DNA of 63,381 nucleotides, the filler included, from Octopus bimaculoides (lineage: Eukaryota): assembly GCF_001194135.2 (NCBI RefSeq). It is 8 parts of 7 records of this genome, joined end to end, with 100 filler letters (N's around TTAATTAATTAA, not from the genome) between each part and the next. Parts side by side here need not be neighbours in the genome. Positions count along the whole stretch, not along the records: positions 44,593 to 52,981 come from NC_068992.1; positions 53,082 to 58,528 come from NC_068986.1; positions 58,629 to 63,381 come from NC_068993.1; 5 more parts are not named here. One strand, 5' to 3'. Position 1 is the first letter of the stretch, and every line of letters starts with the position of its first letter. The notes under the pieces are model-generated. The model saw only the letters and a program-made list of their open reading frames with translations. It did not search any database and was not told the origin of the DNA. Of the stretch, positions 52,309 to 63,381 are shown in pieces. Position numbers and translations under genes: made by a program.

Positions 52309-52677
52309 TACGGAGCAGACATACAATCATGTCAAATTTACGCATTTCTTTCGTAGAATGAAAAAGAAAAAAANNNNNNNNNNGAGCAACCTTAATCGAT
52401 GCTCGGCCCTTTTTGAGGTCTCATTAGATGTTTCCGCGTCACTTGAGCTATCTTAGAGAAACGAGTAATCAATTCATTTATATACACGTTAAATCTAGAA
52501 GCTTCAAAAAAACAAAACAAAAAAACTGGCGCTTCTAATTTGCATACAGTATGCGTTTAACACATCTTATATTAGAGGCCTATGAACTGGGAACCCACAC
52601 CACACAGCATCTGTAAACCTGCATCGCTTTTTCAGAGGAGTGGAAAAAATTATCCTGAAAAACAAATGTTCGAATGC

Positions 52678-52713
<36 letters not shown>

Positions 52714-52746
52714 GCGCGCGCACACAAACATGTATGCATGTAGATG

Positions 52747-52779
<33 letters not shown>

Positions 52780-52929
52780 GTGTGTGTAATATCCTGTATG
52801 ATGCAACCATAAGATAGTTTACGATTTGTTGAGGTTTGAGGAAAGCACGCGCAAACAGTTCCTTCCCCAACACACACACCTGCACGTGCGCGCGTATATT
52901 CATACTTACAAACAAGGATACGTATACTC

Positions 52930-52981
<52 letters not shown>

Positions 52982-53420
52982 NNNNNNNNNNNNNNNNNNN
53001 NNNNNNNNNNNNNNNNNNNNNNNNNTTAATTAATTAANNNNNNNNNNNNNNNNNNNNNNNNNNNNNNNNNNNNNNNNNNNNATATATTAATAAATTATAG
53101 GGTAGCAAAAAATTTTTTTGAAATTTTATTTATCACCAGTGGTCTAGCGAGAATAAAAATTCTGAAAAATTTTGAAAAATTAAACATGAACATAAGCCAT
53201 GTTCCCTATGACTCGTGTTCATATGTTGTCTGGTTATTCCGCTGAAGATAGTTCGACCATTGTAAGATATATTTTTATATATATGATACGGAATATAGAT
53301 TGGTAAATGTTTTTATTTTTCATTCCCTTTCGAAATTATCCCTATTTTTGTGGTATGTAGTCTTTTGCTGCTCTTTCTAGCGGGTCAGATGTCATATTAT
53401 AGGCATCTCTGTATTTTAAA

Positions 53421-53473
<53 letters not shown>

Positions 53474-56400
53474 CACAGTCTACTCGCTATTGAGTATGCC
53501 CAGTGAATGCCCACACAATGGCTAAAGCTATAAAAGATTTACAGAACATACCCAAAGAGTTAGATATGAAAATCAGAGTAGACATATGCATATTTAATAT
53601 CATAAATTAAACTACTGCTAAATACTACCCTTATAATAAAGTTGAAGATAAATTGTGTTGTATAGTTTCAATCGTTTCTCAATTATCATTAAATATTAAC
53701 TTAATAACATTAATCAGTTCATATACAACTCATTTTCTGGTGAGATATTATTTAACCTAGATGCTCATAATTACAAGTATGCATTCAAATATAGTGTCTT
53801 CAAATAATGGATAATACATTGCACAACAATAATATTAAAAATATAAATATGTAGTATATTCCTCCTTAGAGAGTGAACGTTTATTTCAATGTTGCAGGAT
53901 TTTCCTAAACTTCATGAAGGAGCATCTCCGTGTAGAACACAGATAACAGAGAATCAGAAAACTTCCCAGTACGAACACGTTGCGTTCTGTCACATTTAAT
54001 GACAACAAATCTAGTACCTGCCTTTCAATCGTGTGTATTATTTATAATGCAACAGTTTGCGCAGCTAAAGCGTCTCCCATATAGATAACGGCGAAACTAA
54101 AAGCTAGATAGTTTTTTTTATGGAAAATACATTGGAGAATATATTTGCATATATTTTTAGATACTTAGAAACTGATCACACAACTTCATTATTTAATGCG
54201 TCTGGGGTTTAAACGATAATATTAGTAATTGAAAAATTGAGCATGCGCTTTTTCACATTAATGGCCCCAGAAGGTGTGTTTCTTGTCTCTCAGAGAAGTG
54301 TAAGACACGTTAACAGTCTTGCTCAATTTTAGATAATATATTGGAATTGATACTTACTTTCTTGTTGTTACATGTTCTTTATTTCCCATTTACTAGATTA
54401 TTTGCCATACTCAGAGTGACAGTCATATAAATAAAAAAGGAAATCAATCATTCATTAACTAACATTTTAATAACAAAATCCGATACATTTTATACATATT
54501 AGCATTTTATGTGTAAACAGAAATTCTCATTTCATACCCTAACTGAATATTTAAATTTCTTAATTATCATTTACGGTATACAGCAGCCCTATACTTAAAA
54601 TAATCTTATGAGACTTTTTGATGTAATTGTTATTTGTCTTTTATGTTAGCACTTCATTCTGTAAGAAAAAAAAAACTGTAAGATAGATTTTCTTTATCAT
54701 ACAACCTTCTAATCCAACATGCAATATTTCCGTGTACAAAATCTTTGCAAAAGATCCGTTTTCATTCTTTGATTTTCCTATAATGCTTATATACTACTTT
54801 GGATATATCTCAAAATTAGAACTCATTTTCTTAAAAACAAAAGAAAAAAAATATGCGTTCTCGCATTTGCTAGCGCTTAATATTTATTTCAAAACAAAAC
54901 GTACACATCTAACAATGTTTAAGAACACTTCAATCTTTATTCCATATTAAAAAGGACCTTTGGTATAGTATCGTCTAAATGTGCTTGCAAATATGTTTGT
55001 TTATATATTGTCACATTGGTTCCCTAATTCATTCGTTTAAATGATCTGTAAATGTCAGCTCTCTAGAGCTCTCTTTGAAAGAGTACACTATCTCTTTTAA
55101 CTGCTAGATGGTCTATGCATTTTCGGACTACTAGCAATAACCTCCAAATCACGCCCAACTTACATCCTACAGTCTTAAAATGGTAGGTTGCGTTGAAATG
55201 TTGTCTTAGATAGGTTTCTCGATTATGACAAACAAAGATAAACAACGATAGCAACAATTCTTGATTTGTTCTTCACTAGACTCAGTGGCGGAGGTAACAT
55301 GGGATCTGTGCTGTTTTTTATGGATATAAATGAAAATACATGATATCCACCGGAGATTGAATCTTTATCACAGATATAGCTTGATGTAAGCTGACTGCTT
55401 GCTTCTTAATGTAGTTCGCTTCTTGAAATGACTGAAGCAAAAAAGCGATTAAATTAAACATTGGCTTCGTACGTTAGCTTTACATATGAAACATATTTCA
55501 AAGATAAGAATGAAGTCAACCTTTTTGACTCAGTGCACATAAGTGGAAAAACACCTTTACATATAAGTGAATGCTTAACATATTTGTTGAGCTCGTGAAA
55601 TTGCATTAGGCTCCTTGACAAAAGCATAAGCTAAGCAATCACCTGATATTAGTGATTCGGACTGGGCGAATGTGTGTTGACCTTTCTGAATCACATATTA
55701 TAAATATTATCGGAACTTACATATTTCCAAATAATTGATGTTCTTAGATGCAAGAAAAAAAAAAGTACTTTTTGAATGCATAAGTTTTATGAAATAAAGA
55801 AGCAACAAAATAGACCAAGTAAACATTAGTTTTACTGATTCGTGGGAAAATTGTTGATAGCGCTCATATTTTTAAAAATAATATCTACATTGCTGCAATA
55901 CCTCAGATCTGATGTTTTTTTTTATACACATAATACAGGAGTAATTTTCGGCGCTGGTCAAACTTTGTCCAATAAAGTTCATAAAATGAAATACAGACAC
56001 GGTCTGGTCATACACAATGAAACTGGTTTATATTGAACAACAAGGAATGAAATGCAAAGTCTACAGTGGTGGTATCGGTATTTAGAAAGCAGTATAACGA
56101 AACGAGATATAATAATTAATTTAGTGGACCACACCATTGATACTCCACGTAAAATTAGGAAATTAATATTTCTATTTCGCAGGGTGATAAAAAATAACAT
56201 AATATAGAGTTGAACATATTTTTTATTATCTAAATCAGTAAGTACTTTACATTTTAGAACAAAAATTTTACAAGATTTCAATGTGCTTTGTTCTTATGTA
56301 GCATCGATACAACAGCCATTCATATTATAAGGGGAAATGAATAATATGTATTTCCTATTCCTTACAAAAATTGGATATCAATATTTATGTCCAAGAAGAA

Positions 56401-57281
56401 GAATACTTGTTACCGAATATATGTTAGAAAGAAAATTGAAAAGTTTCTAAGCATGGCTATAACTCGATATAATTAATGCTTTTCGATAAAATTCTGATCA
56501 TTATAAAGGAAATCAGTTCAATAGCCAAGTAAAAAAAGAAAAGCAGAAAATACCGAGTACACTGAACGAATGTCCGTCTTTGTAGAACTTAATATCTACA
56601 CGTGTACAAAATAAAAATATCTAAAGAAATTATATAGTTAGAAGAGATGGCTGACACGTCTAACTTGCAATATAGTCATTGAGTATTCTTTTCTACCACT
56701 ACTACGAATTCTAACAAAAGTAAAATGAAGATATGAAGGTAAATAATCACATGTAGAATGTAAGGCAATACTGAGACTCAGTCTTCTACGATGCAATTGC
56801 TCCAATGATAAGATTTAGAAAGTCATACAATTACATTCTAAAAATGGACTCTCATGAATACAAGCAAAATAACGATAATTTATTCATTTATTTGCTTAAT
56901 TTGCGAATCTCATTTACTTTTGCCTCTTAAAGTGTATCTTGTCTTCGTTACTGCTTTCAATATTTTTTTGCATATTATTTTTGTAACCACTCTACTTTTA
57001 TTGGAAAAACAAAGAGAAAAAACACACTAGTTACAAAATGTCACAGGAACAAAAAATCCCCACAGCAGACACGCGCGCGTATACACATATATATACCCGT
57101 ATGAATATGAATGTGTGTATATATATATATATATGTTTAAATATATATGTATAGAGACAGGATCTGAGAGCTAGATATATGTACGTGTATATATATATAT
57201 ATATATNNNNNNNNNNNNNNNNNNNNNNNNNNNNNNNNNNNNNNNNNNNNNNNNNNNNNNNNNNNNNNNNNNNNNNNNNNN

Positions 57282-57322
<41 letters not shown>

Positions 57323-57350
57323 CTTAAAGTTAGAATATGTTTATAACATT

Positions 57351-57860
57351 CTTACGTCTAAAGGCAATACTGAAGAAAGATAACCCCTGGAGAGATTCAA
57401 AGGCGTAGCTTTAACTAATGAAAACCAGTCAACATCAGTGACTAGGTTGCGTTAGTGGACCGCCTGGTCAGAATAAAAATAGCAGCATCAGCACTGAGTA
57501 GTGATTAGGAATAAAAGAACTTTAATCTATAGATATTGCGAACCATTTCATAAGTTTCTGTAACGCTTTTTGCCCAGTTAAACACAAACCTTATTGCATA
57601 GCGTGCTTCCAAACTCCTCGGCTACATTCTACAAACTAGTTTGGTGGCTTTTAGTAGGGCATTTTCAAAGTGCTGTTACAATCGTCTCCTTCAATCTGGA
57701 ATTGCAAAAATTCGTAGGTCAGCTTATTATATGCAGAGAAATGATGTGCTGAGATTACAATAATCTCGTTCATTTAAAACTGCCTCTCCTTAAAAAAAAC
57801 AGACAAAACTTTTGAAATGCACCACATATATATTATACATATGCGTATGTGTGTGTGAGA

Positions 57861-57919
<59 letters not shown>

Positions 57920-58311
57920 TGAATGTGTGAGTGCGCACACACATGTGTCTGTGTATAAAATGGGTAAGAGTACGTCAGAAGGTCTATAGTAGGCAGTAGA
58001 CACAGATAGATTGAGTCTAAGACCAAATCAAATACTTAAAATCTAATATCAAACAATGCGAGACGAAATCCACGCAAACAAACGTCGGCTATAGGAAATG
58101 TAGGAGTCTAGCAAATGAAAGTATAATGCAATAACCGATGGGTAGGTAGTTGTTAATTACACCAAAGTGTTTTATAAATCAGATATACAGACGTAAGTGT
58201 AAATTTAATTACATAGAAAAACAAGAAAAAGAAAGTTCAAATGAAAATTTAAAGCTACGGCTTTGAATCTCCCCAGAGTTACCTCTCTCTGGTATTTCCT
58301 TTTGGACAAGG
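57351..58311. repeat. ~63-bp imperfect inverted repeats ~835 bp apart (possible old TIR element)
   Basis: 57351-57414 versus the reverse complement of 58249-58311; core GAGATTCAAAG[G/C]CGTAGCTTTAA. Confidence 0.65.
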
Positions 58312-58628
58312 CTAAAGAATCAAAAATGCGCGTCTGTAAATTCGCTAGAGCTAAGCACCGGGTAGATATGGTGTTTTAACACCTTTTACCATGAAAGAGA
58401 ATTTTTTCTCAACGGTTACTGCAGTGAATTTGCCCGTGGAAATTAACATATTTTAACTAACTTAAATTTCATTTATTCCTAATCACTGCTTCGTGGTGAC
58501 GCGACTATATATATATATATATATATATNNNNNNNNNNNNNNNNNNNNNNNNNNNNNNNNNNNNNNNNNNNNTTAATTAATTAANNNNNNNNNNNNNNNN
58601 NNNNNNNNNNNNNNNNNNNNNNNNNNNN

Positions 58629-58699
<71 letters not shown>

Positions 58700-58720
58700 G
58701 TCTATCTATCTATCTGTCTA

Positions 58721-58781
<61 letters not shown>

Positions 58782-58800
58782 ATCTGTCTATCTATCTATT
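58629..58800. repeat. (TCTA)n microsatellite
   Basis: Direct reading. Confidence 0.95.
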
Positions 58801-58957
58801 TGATCTATGCTTAGTGTCTTTTCCTTCGTGTAAGTGTGTGTGTCGGTGGGTGCCAGTGTATACATGGACATTGAAGCCCAATCCCTCTCTTTATTTTGGG
58901 GGATGGTGCGGATCAGATATCTTCTACGAATCTGCGTCTTTCATTTTAATAACGCCA

Positions 58958-59145
58958 AGGAATTAGGAATAAGGAATAAGGAATAAGGAATAAGGAATAA
59001 GGAATAAGGAATAAGGAATAAGGAATAAGGAATAAGGAATAAGGAATTAGGAATAAGGAATAAGGAATAAGGAATAAGGAATAAGGAATTAGGAATTAGG
59101 AATAAGGAATAAGGAATAAGGAATAAGGAATAAGGAATAAGGAAT
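58958..59145. repeat. (GGAATAA)n heptamer tandem array, ~27 copies, with GGAATTA variants
   Basis: Direct reading. Confidence 0.95.
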
Positions 59146-59221
59146 CTATCTGCCACCATACAATACATCCTACGTGCATATACGAGGCATATAAACACAT
59201 GCACACAGACACATACATACC

Positions 59222-59320
59222 CATATATATGTACGCACACATATATATGTACGCACACATATATATGTACGCACACATATATATGTACGCACACATATAT
59301 ATGTACGCACACATATATAG
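59222..59320. repeat. 18-bp minisatellite CATATATATGTACGCACA x5 plus a partial copy
   Basis: Exact tandem copies with no spacers. Confidence 0.95.
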
Positions 59321-59597
59321 ACGCGAAAAACATGTTTACTACACCAATGTAAGTTTACTAGCAGACCGGTGTATATTTACTAACCTATATCTACTAACCT
59401 ATATTTACTAACCTATGTTTGCTAACCTAAAGGTTTGTAATTTCCATATATTTTCGTTTTTGCTTTCTGTTCGGTGGATGGTGGTTTTAAGGGTGGTATT
59501 TGATTTACGCCATGTTTACAGAACAATTTGATGGCAAGGTGGTTATGCATGGTCGTATGTATCAGCAATATGCAGATAGCTTTTGTCTGTAATCTTT

Positions 59598-59765
59598 TAC
59601 TCGTTTAAGTCATTGGACAGCAGCCATGCGGGGGCACTCCTCTTCAATCTTTTAATTGAACAAATTTATACTTATTCTGCTTGATACATATTCATGCTTA
59701 TTCTGTCGGTCTCTGTTGCCAAACAGCAAGCGAATACAATGTAAACAAGCCAACAGCAGTTGTCT
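59598..59765 (-). mobile_element. SINE family A tail, diverged
   Basis: Similar to 25925-26110. Confidence 0.6.
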
Positions 59766-59775
59766 AGCATACGTA

Positions 59776-59991
59776 CGAAGGGGTGCTGAAAAGGTCCCGA
59801 CTTTAAGGTTGTTGTGAAAGGCCTGGTTGCAGCCCCAACCTTCCGAGTTCTTTTACAGGACTTAGAAAAACTGGAGGACTGCTGCAATACGTGTCTGAAT
59901 CTGGGAGGAGAATACGTTGAATAAAATCATGATTAATCGATCCTCCTGTATTTTCTTTTACCTAAAGCTAGGAACTTTTCACGCACCCTTG
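59776..59991 (+). mobile_element. Mariner-derived MITE retaining the transposase C-terminus
   Basis: TA on both sides; TIRs CGAAGGGGTGCTGAAAAGGTCCCGACTTT / AAAGCTAGGAACTTTTCACGCACCCTTG. 59862-59924 encodes LEKLEDCCNTCLNLGGEYVE* (mariner end motif like LPERWEKCIxLxGxYVE*). Confidence 0.8.
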
Positions 59992-60308
59992 TACATTGTT
60001 GTGTCGACGCCCCCAGGCGAAGAAGTAGGATCTCCCAAGACATATAAATAAAGGTAGTCTGGCCATGGTAGCTGTTGAGTAGCAGTTGTGTAGCAGTTGA
60101 GTAGAGATCATCCGAAGGTGCTAGATAGCAGTAGCTTGAGACATAACATACATATACATACATACATACTTACATACATACATAGAAATACACACATATA
60201 CATACATATTTTGAGTTTATCTCTACAGATTCTCTATAGAATTTAGAACCAGTACTGAGAGCTACGACTTTTCTTATACGAATACGTCTATGTAAATAAT
60301 GCGACATA

Positions 60309-60395
60309 TTAAGTTACAGGGGCGTAAACAAACCAACACTGGTTCTCAAGCGGTGGTGGTGATGGTGGGGGACTAACACAACACAAAGACAAACA
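60309..60395 (-). mobile_element. SINE family A tail fragment
   Basis: TAAGTTACAGGGGCGTAAACA...TCAAGCGGTGGTGG motif. Confidence 0.6.
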
Positions 60396-60869
60396 CACAC
60401 ACATACATACATACATACATACATACATACATACATACATACATACGCCCTGCATATGTATTCCCGACAACCCGTTTGATATGATTCTACAAAAAAGCAA
60501 TTGCTGACTTCTGAACGAATGCATGGAGAATGGTTTCATTATACTTTGTGCAACTTAGACAAGTCATATTGATTGTCTTTAAAAATTATTCTGTACTCGC
60601 CACGTTCCCTCAGCACTGCCAAATAAAAAAAACGTGTATGTATGTGGGGAAGGGGAGGCATGCTAATTATCCATCAAACTCCACATGAAATTTCTTCGGG
60701 GAAATTTATATCCAGAACATCTCCCATGTCAGTGATGGTCAAAACCCTTTCTTATCGCCCTGTAAAACGTACGGGTGGTTGTTTTACCAATTGGTTTTGT
60801 CAATATGGTGAATACCATTGAACATCTGGCAATACTGGAGATGCCTAGGATCAAATAATAATAATAATG

Positions 60870-61091
60870 ATAATAATCCTCACTTCTATAGGCACAAGAC
60901 CTGAACTTTGGTGGAAGGGGCATAGTCGATTAGATCGACCCCAGTACGCAACTTGTACTTAATTTATCGACCCCGAAAAGATGAAAGGCAAAGTCGAACT
61001 CGGCGGAATTTGAACCCAGAGCATAAAGACAGACGAAATACCGCTAAGCATTTCGCCCGGCGTTCTAACGTTTCTGCCAGCTCGCCGCCTT
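60870..61091 (-). mobile_element. Full-length tRNA-derived SINE family B with (ATT)n tail
   Basis: Minus strand: AGGCGGCGAGCTGGCAGAAACG head, GGGTTCAAATTCC B-box, tail repeat. Confidence 0.85.
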
Positions 61092-61682
61092 GTATCAGAC
61101 ATATATCAGATCGCTGCCTTGTATAAACTTTTATATTACCGACCCAAGAAGAAATTTAACTCAAAGCTATTTGCAGTGAAATCTGAACTCAGAAGAGAGG
61201 AGAGCTGAAGGCATCCACATATTTTGACTGTTACTCTACCAGTTCCACCACTTAACATTTATTCAAATAGACGCCATATCTTTGATTTAAAATTCAAATC
61301 TGTAATCTTTTTTTACTATTCTTTCTCTGTTTCATTCATTCTTTCCTTCTTTTTTATTCTTTCTTCCTTGTTGTTATTATTTCTGTTTGTTTTCTTTTAT
61401 TTTCCTCTTCAATCCAGACCTCGTTTATGACACTAAATGACGATGTTTTAAGTTTAAAGTCAAACTTGTGTCCTTTATAAACAACACGTTCACTCCATCT
61501 TTCGACCGGTTGTTTTCTCTGTTTCCCACCAAGTGAAAGTTCAGAAAAAAAACTCATCAATATAGATGGCGTTGCCCCAACATGGCCTCAAATAACTGGT
61601 TGGAACCAGTCAAAGATTCTTTTCTTTTTTTTAATTCTTTTCTTTTTTCCTTTCCATTTTTTGCTCGTGTTATACGTTTGTT

Positions 61683-61780
61683 TAGCATGCCGGACAAACT
61701 GTTTGTCAGCCTTCCTTCCGGTTTTACGTTCTGAGTTCAAATTCCGCCGAAGTCGACTTTAACTTTCATCCTTTCGGGGT
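61683..61780 (+). mobile_element. SINE family B, truncated by gap
   Basis: GAGTTCAAATTCCGCCGAAGTCGACTTT is complementary to the 60870-61091 copy. Confidence 0.8.
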
Positions 61781-62289
61781 NNNNNNNNNNNNNNNNNNNN
61801 NNNNNNNNNNNNNNNNNNNNNNNNNNNNNNNNNNNNNNNNNNNNNNNNNNNNNNNNNNNNNNNNNNNNNNNNNNNNNNNNNNNNNNNNNNNNNNNNNNNN
61901 NNNNNNNNNNNNNNNNNNNNNNNNNNNNNNNNNNNNNNNNNNNNNNNNNNNNNNNNNNNNNNNNNNNNNNNNNNNNNNNNNNNNNNNNNNNNNNNNNNNN
62001 NNNNNNNNNNNNNNNNNNNNNNNNNNNNNNNNNNNNNNNNNNNNNNNNNNNNNNNNNNNNNNNNNNNNNNNNNNNNNNNNNNNNNNNNNNNNNNNNNNNN
62101 NNNNNNNNNNNNNNNNNNNNNNNNNNNNNNNNNNNNNNNNNNNNNNNNNNNNNNNNNNNNNNNNNNNNNNNNNNNNNNNNNNNNNNNNNNNNNNNNNNNN
62201 NNNNNNNNNNNNNNNNNNNNNNNNNNNNNNNNNNNNNNNNNNNNNNNNNNNNNNNNNNNNNNNNNTGCTGCCCCTGCTGCAAAATTTTA

Positions 62290-62690
62290 AACCATTATTA
62301 TTATCATTGTTATTGAGTGAGAGAGCAGTGCATGCCATCAAAGTGACACCGGAGTAAAATATACGAAGCCCATTACACCCACCATGGCTCTCCGTCTGAT
62401 AAGGGTATACCAGGCACATGCATCACAACCATATGTGCGCGACATGGTGATCTCATATCAAGACAAACAGCGCATGACCTCGCAGGTGGGGCCCAGTTAG
62501 AATTTTCTTCAGGTTGAGTAGACCCATCCTGTTTAAAAGTGGCTGATGATATGTGCATCTCTGATCACGAGCAGAAGTAGTGGGGGGAGCATCATAGCAA
62601 TGTGTTGAGAGGAATTCTTTGGGGTGTGGATAATTCAACTCTGGAAACATGGGTGTTTCATACAACATCCTTAAACAACCCTTATTCTCC
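62290..62690 (-). mobile_element. Retroposon 3' end (LINE tail or SINE) ending in an (AAT)n-like tail
   Basis: GC-richer block ending ...GCACTGCTCTCTCACTCAATAACAATGATAATAATAAT on the minus strand; resembles a recalled high-copy octopus repeat, family not assigned. Confidence 0.55.
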
Positions 62691-63326
62691 AACGGATGGC
62701 GATATCGCCATCCGTTGGAGAAAGAATTGTAGTTAGAATTAGTAGTCTTTTAACTGCTATTTCTAAATTTTCAGTATGTTGGTGAAGCAACTCCTGCTGA
62801 TCCCTATATGTTTATAATTATAAATGGTTTAGCGATAAAGGTTTTTTTGCATACTGAATTACTTGGCACAAACTGATTCAATGCAAACAGCTTTGATTTT
62901 CATACCTTCCGAAGTCAGGTAAACCCTGAAAGTATTCTTTCGTCAATCTGGCTTTCTGCACGATAGCAACGTATGAAATATTTCTATTAGTTCCAGGATA
63001 CTTATAAAATTTGGCATTGGATATAGAGGAGAAAAACTGGACGTTGATATCTTTGATTGGTCAATAGTTTATTTTCTCGATTATCTACTAAATGTGAGCA
63101 TTTATCCTGACCAGACGTCTTTCCTTTGTCTAGTGAGAATGTTGTAACCAGCTCTGGCTCATAAGCTGTGAATATCACCGGAATGCATCGGCGGAAAAAA
63201 GGTGCGGGTGACATTAGTTTTCCGTGTAACAAAGCATATGCATATGTATGTATATGTCTGTATACATATACATACATACATACATGCATACATACATACA
63301 CACAGACACATATATGCATGTATGTG

Positions 63327-63381
<55 letters not shown>

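Noticed and set aside
53898-53999. Candidate terminal exon DFPKLHEGASPC...
   Set aside because: Plausible acceptor and 33 open codons, but no homology or other support.
58958-59145. Interstitial telomere
   Set aside because: The unit is GGAATAA, not the TTAGGG expected for molluscs.
59222-59320. CRISPR-like array
   Set aside because: No unique spacers, no cas genes, eukaryotic context.

Overview
AT-rich, microsatellite-laden eukaryotic non-coding DNA, most likely from an octopus (inferred from recalled SINE families and extreme CA/TA/GA repeat density; not checked against a database). Seven artificial 100-nt linkers (N44-TTAATTAATTAA-N44) split the window into eight pieces, so order across linkers is unreliable. 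No host protein-coding exon is confidently identified; almost all listed ORFs come from microsatellites or N-runs. Supported features: tRNA-derived SINEs of several families; an internally deleted DD37D (maT-type) Tc1/mariner element; mariner and hAT MITEs; Helitron remnants; a tRNA-Ile(AAT) pseudogene; a 28S rRNA fragment starting exactly at the canonical R2 retrotransposon target site; and multiple minimal type I hammerhead ribozymes of the Penelope/retrozyme type. Top candidates for new biology: (1) a tRNA-headed element carrying a hammerhead, present as a head-to-head dimer at 49.65-50.18 kb; (2) a ~700-bp near-perfect palindrome with a hammerhead relic in each arm at 38.9-39.6 kb; (3) a putative decayed R2 element joined to 28S outside an obvious rDNA unit at 43.5-44.5 kb.
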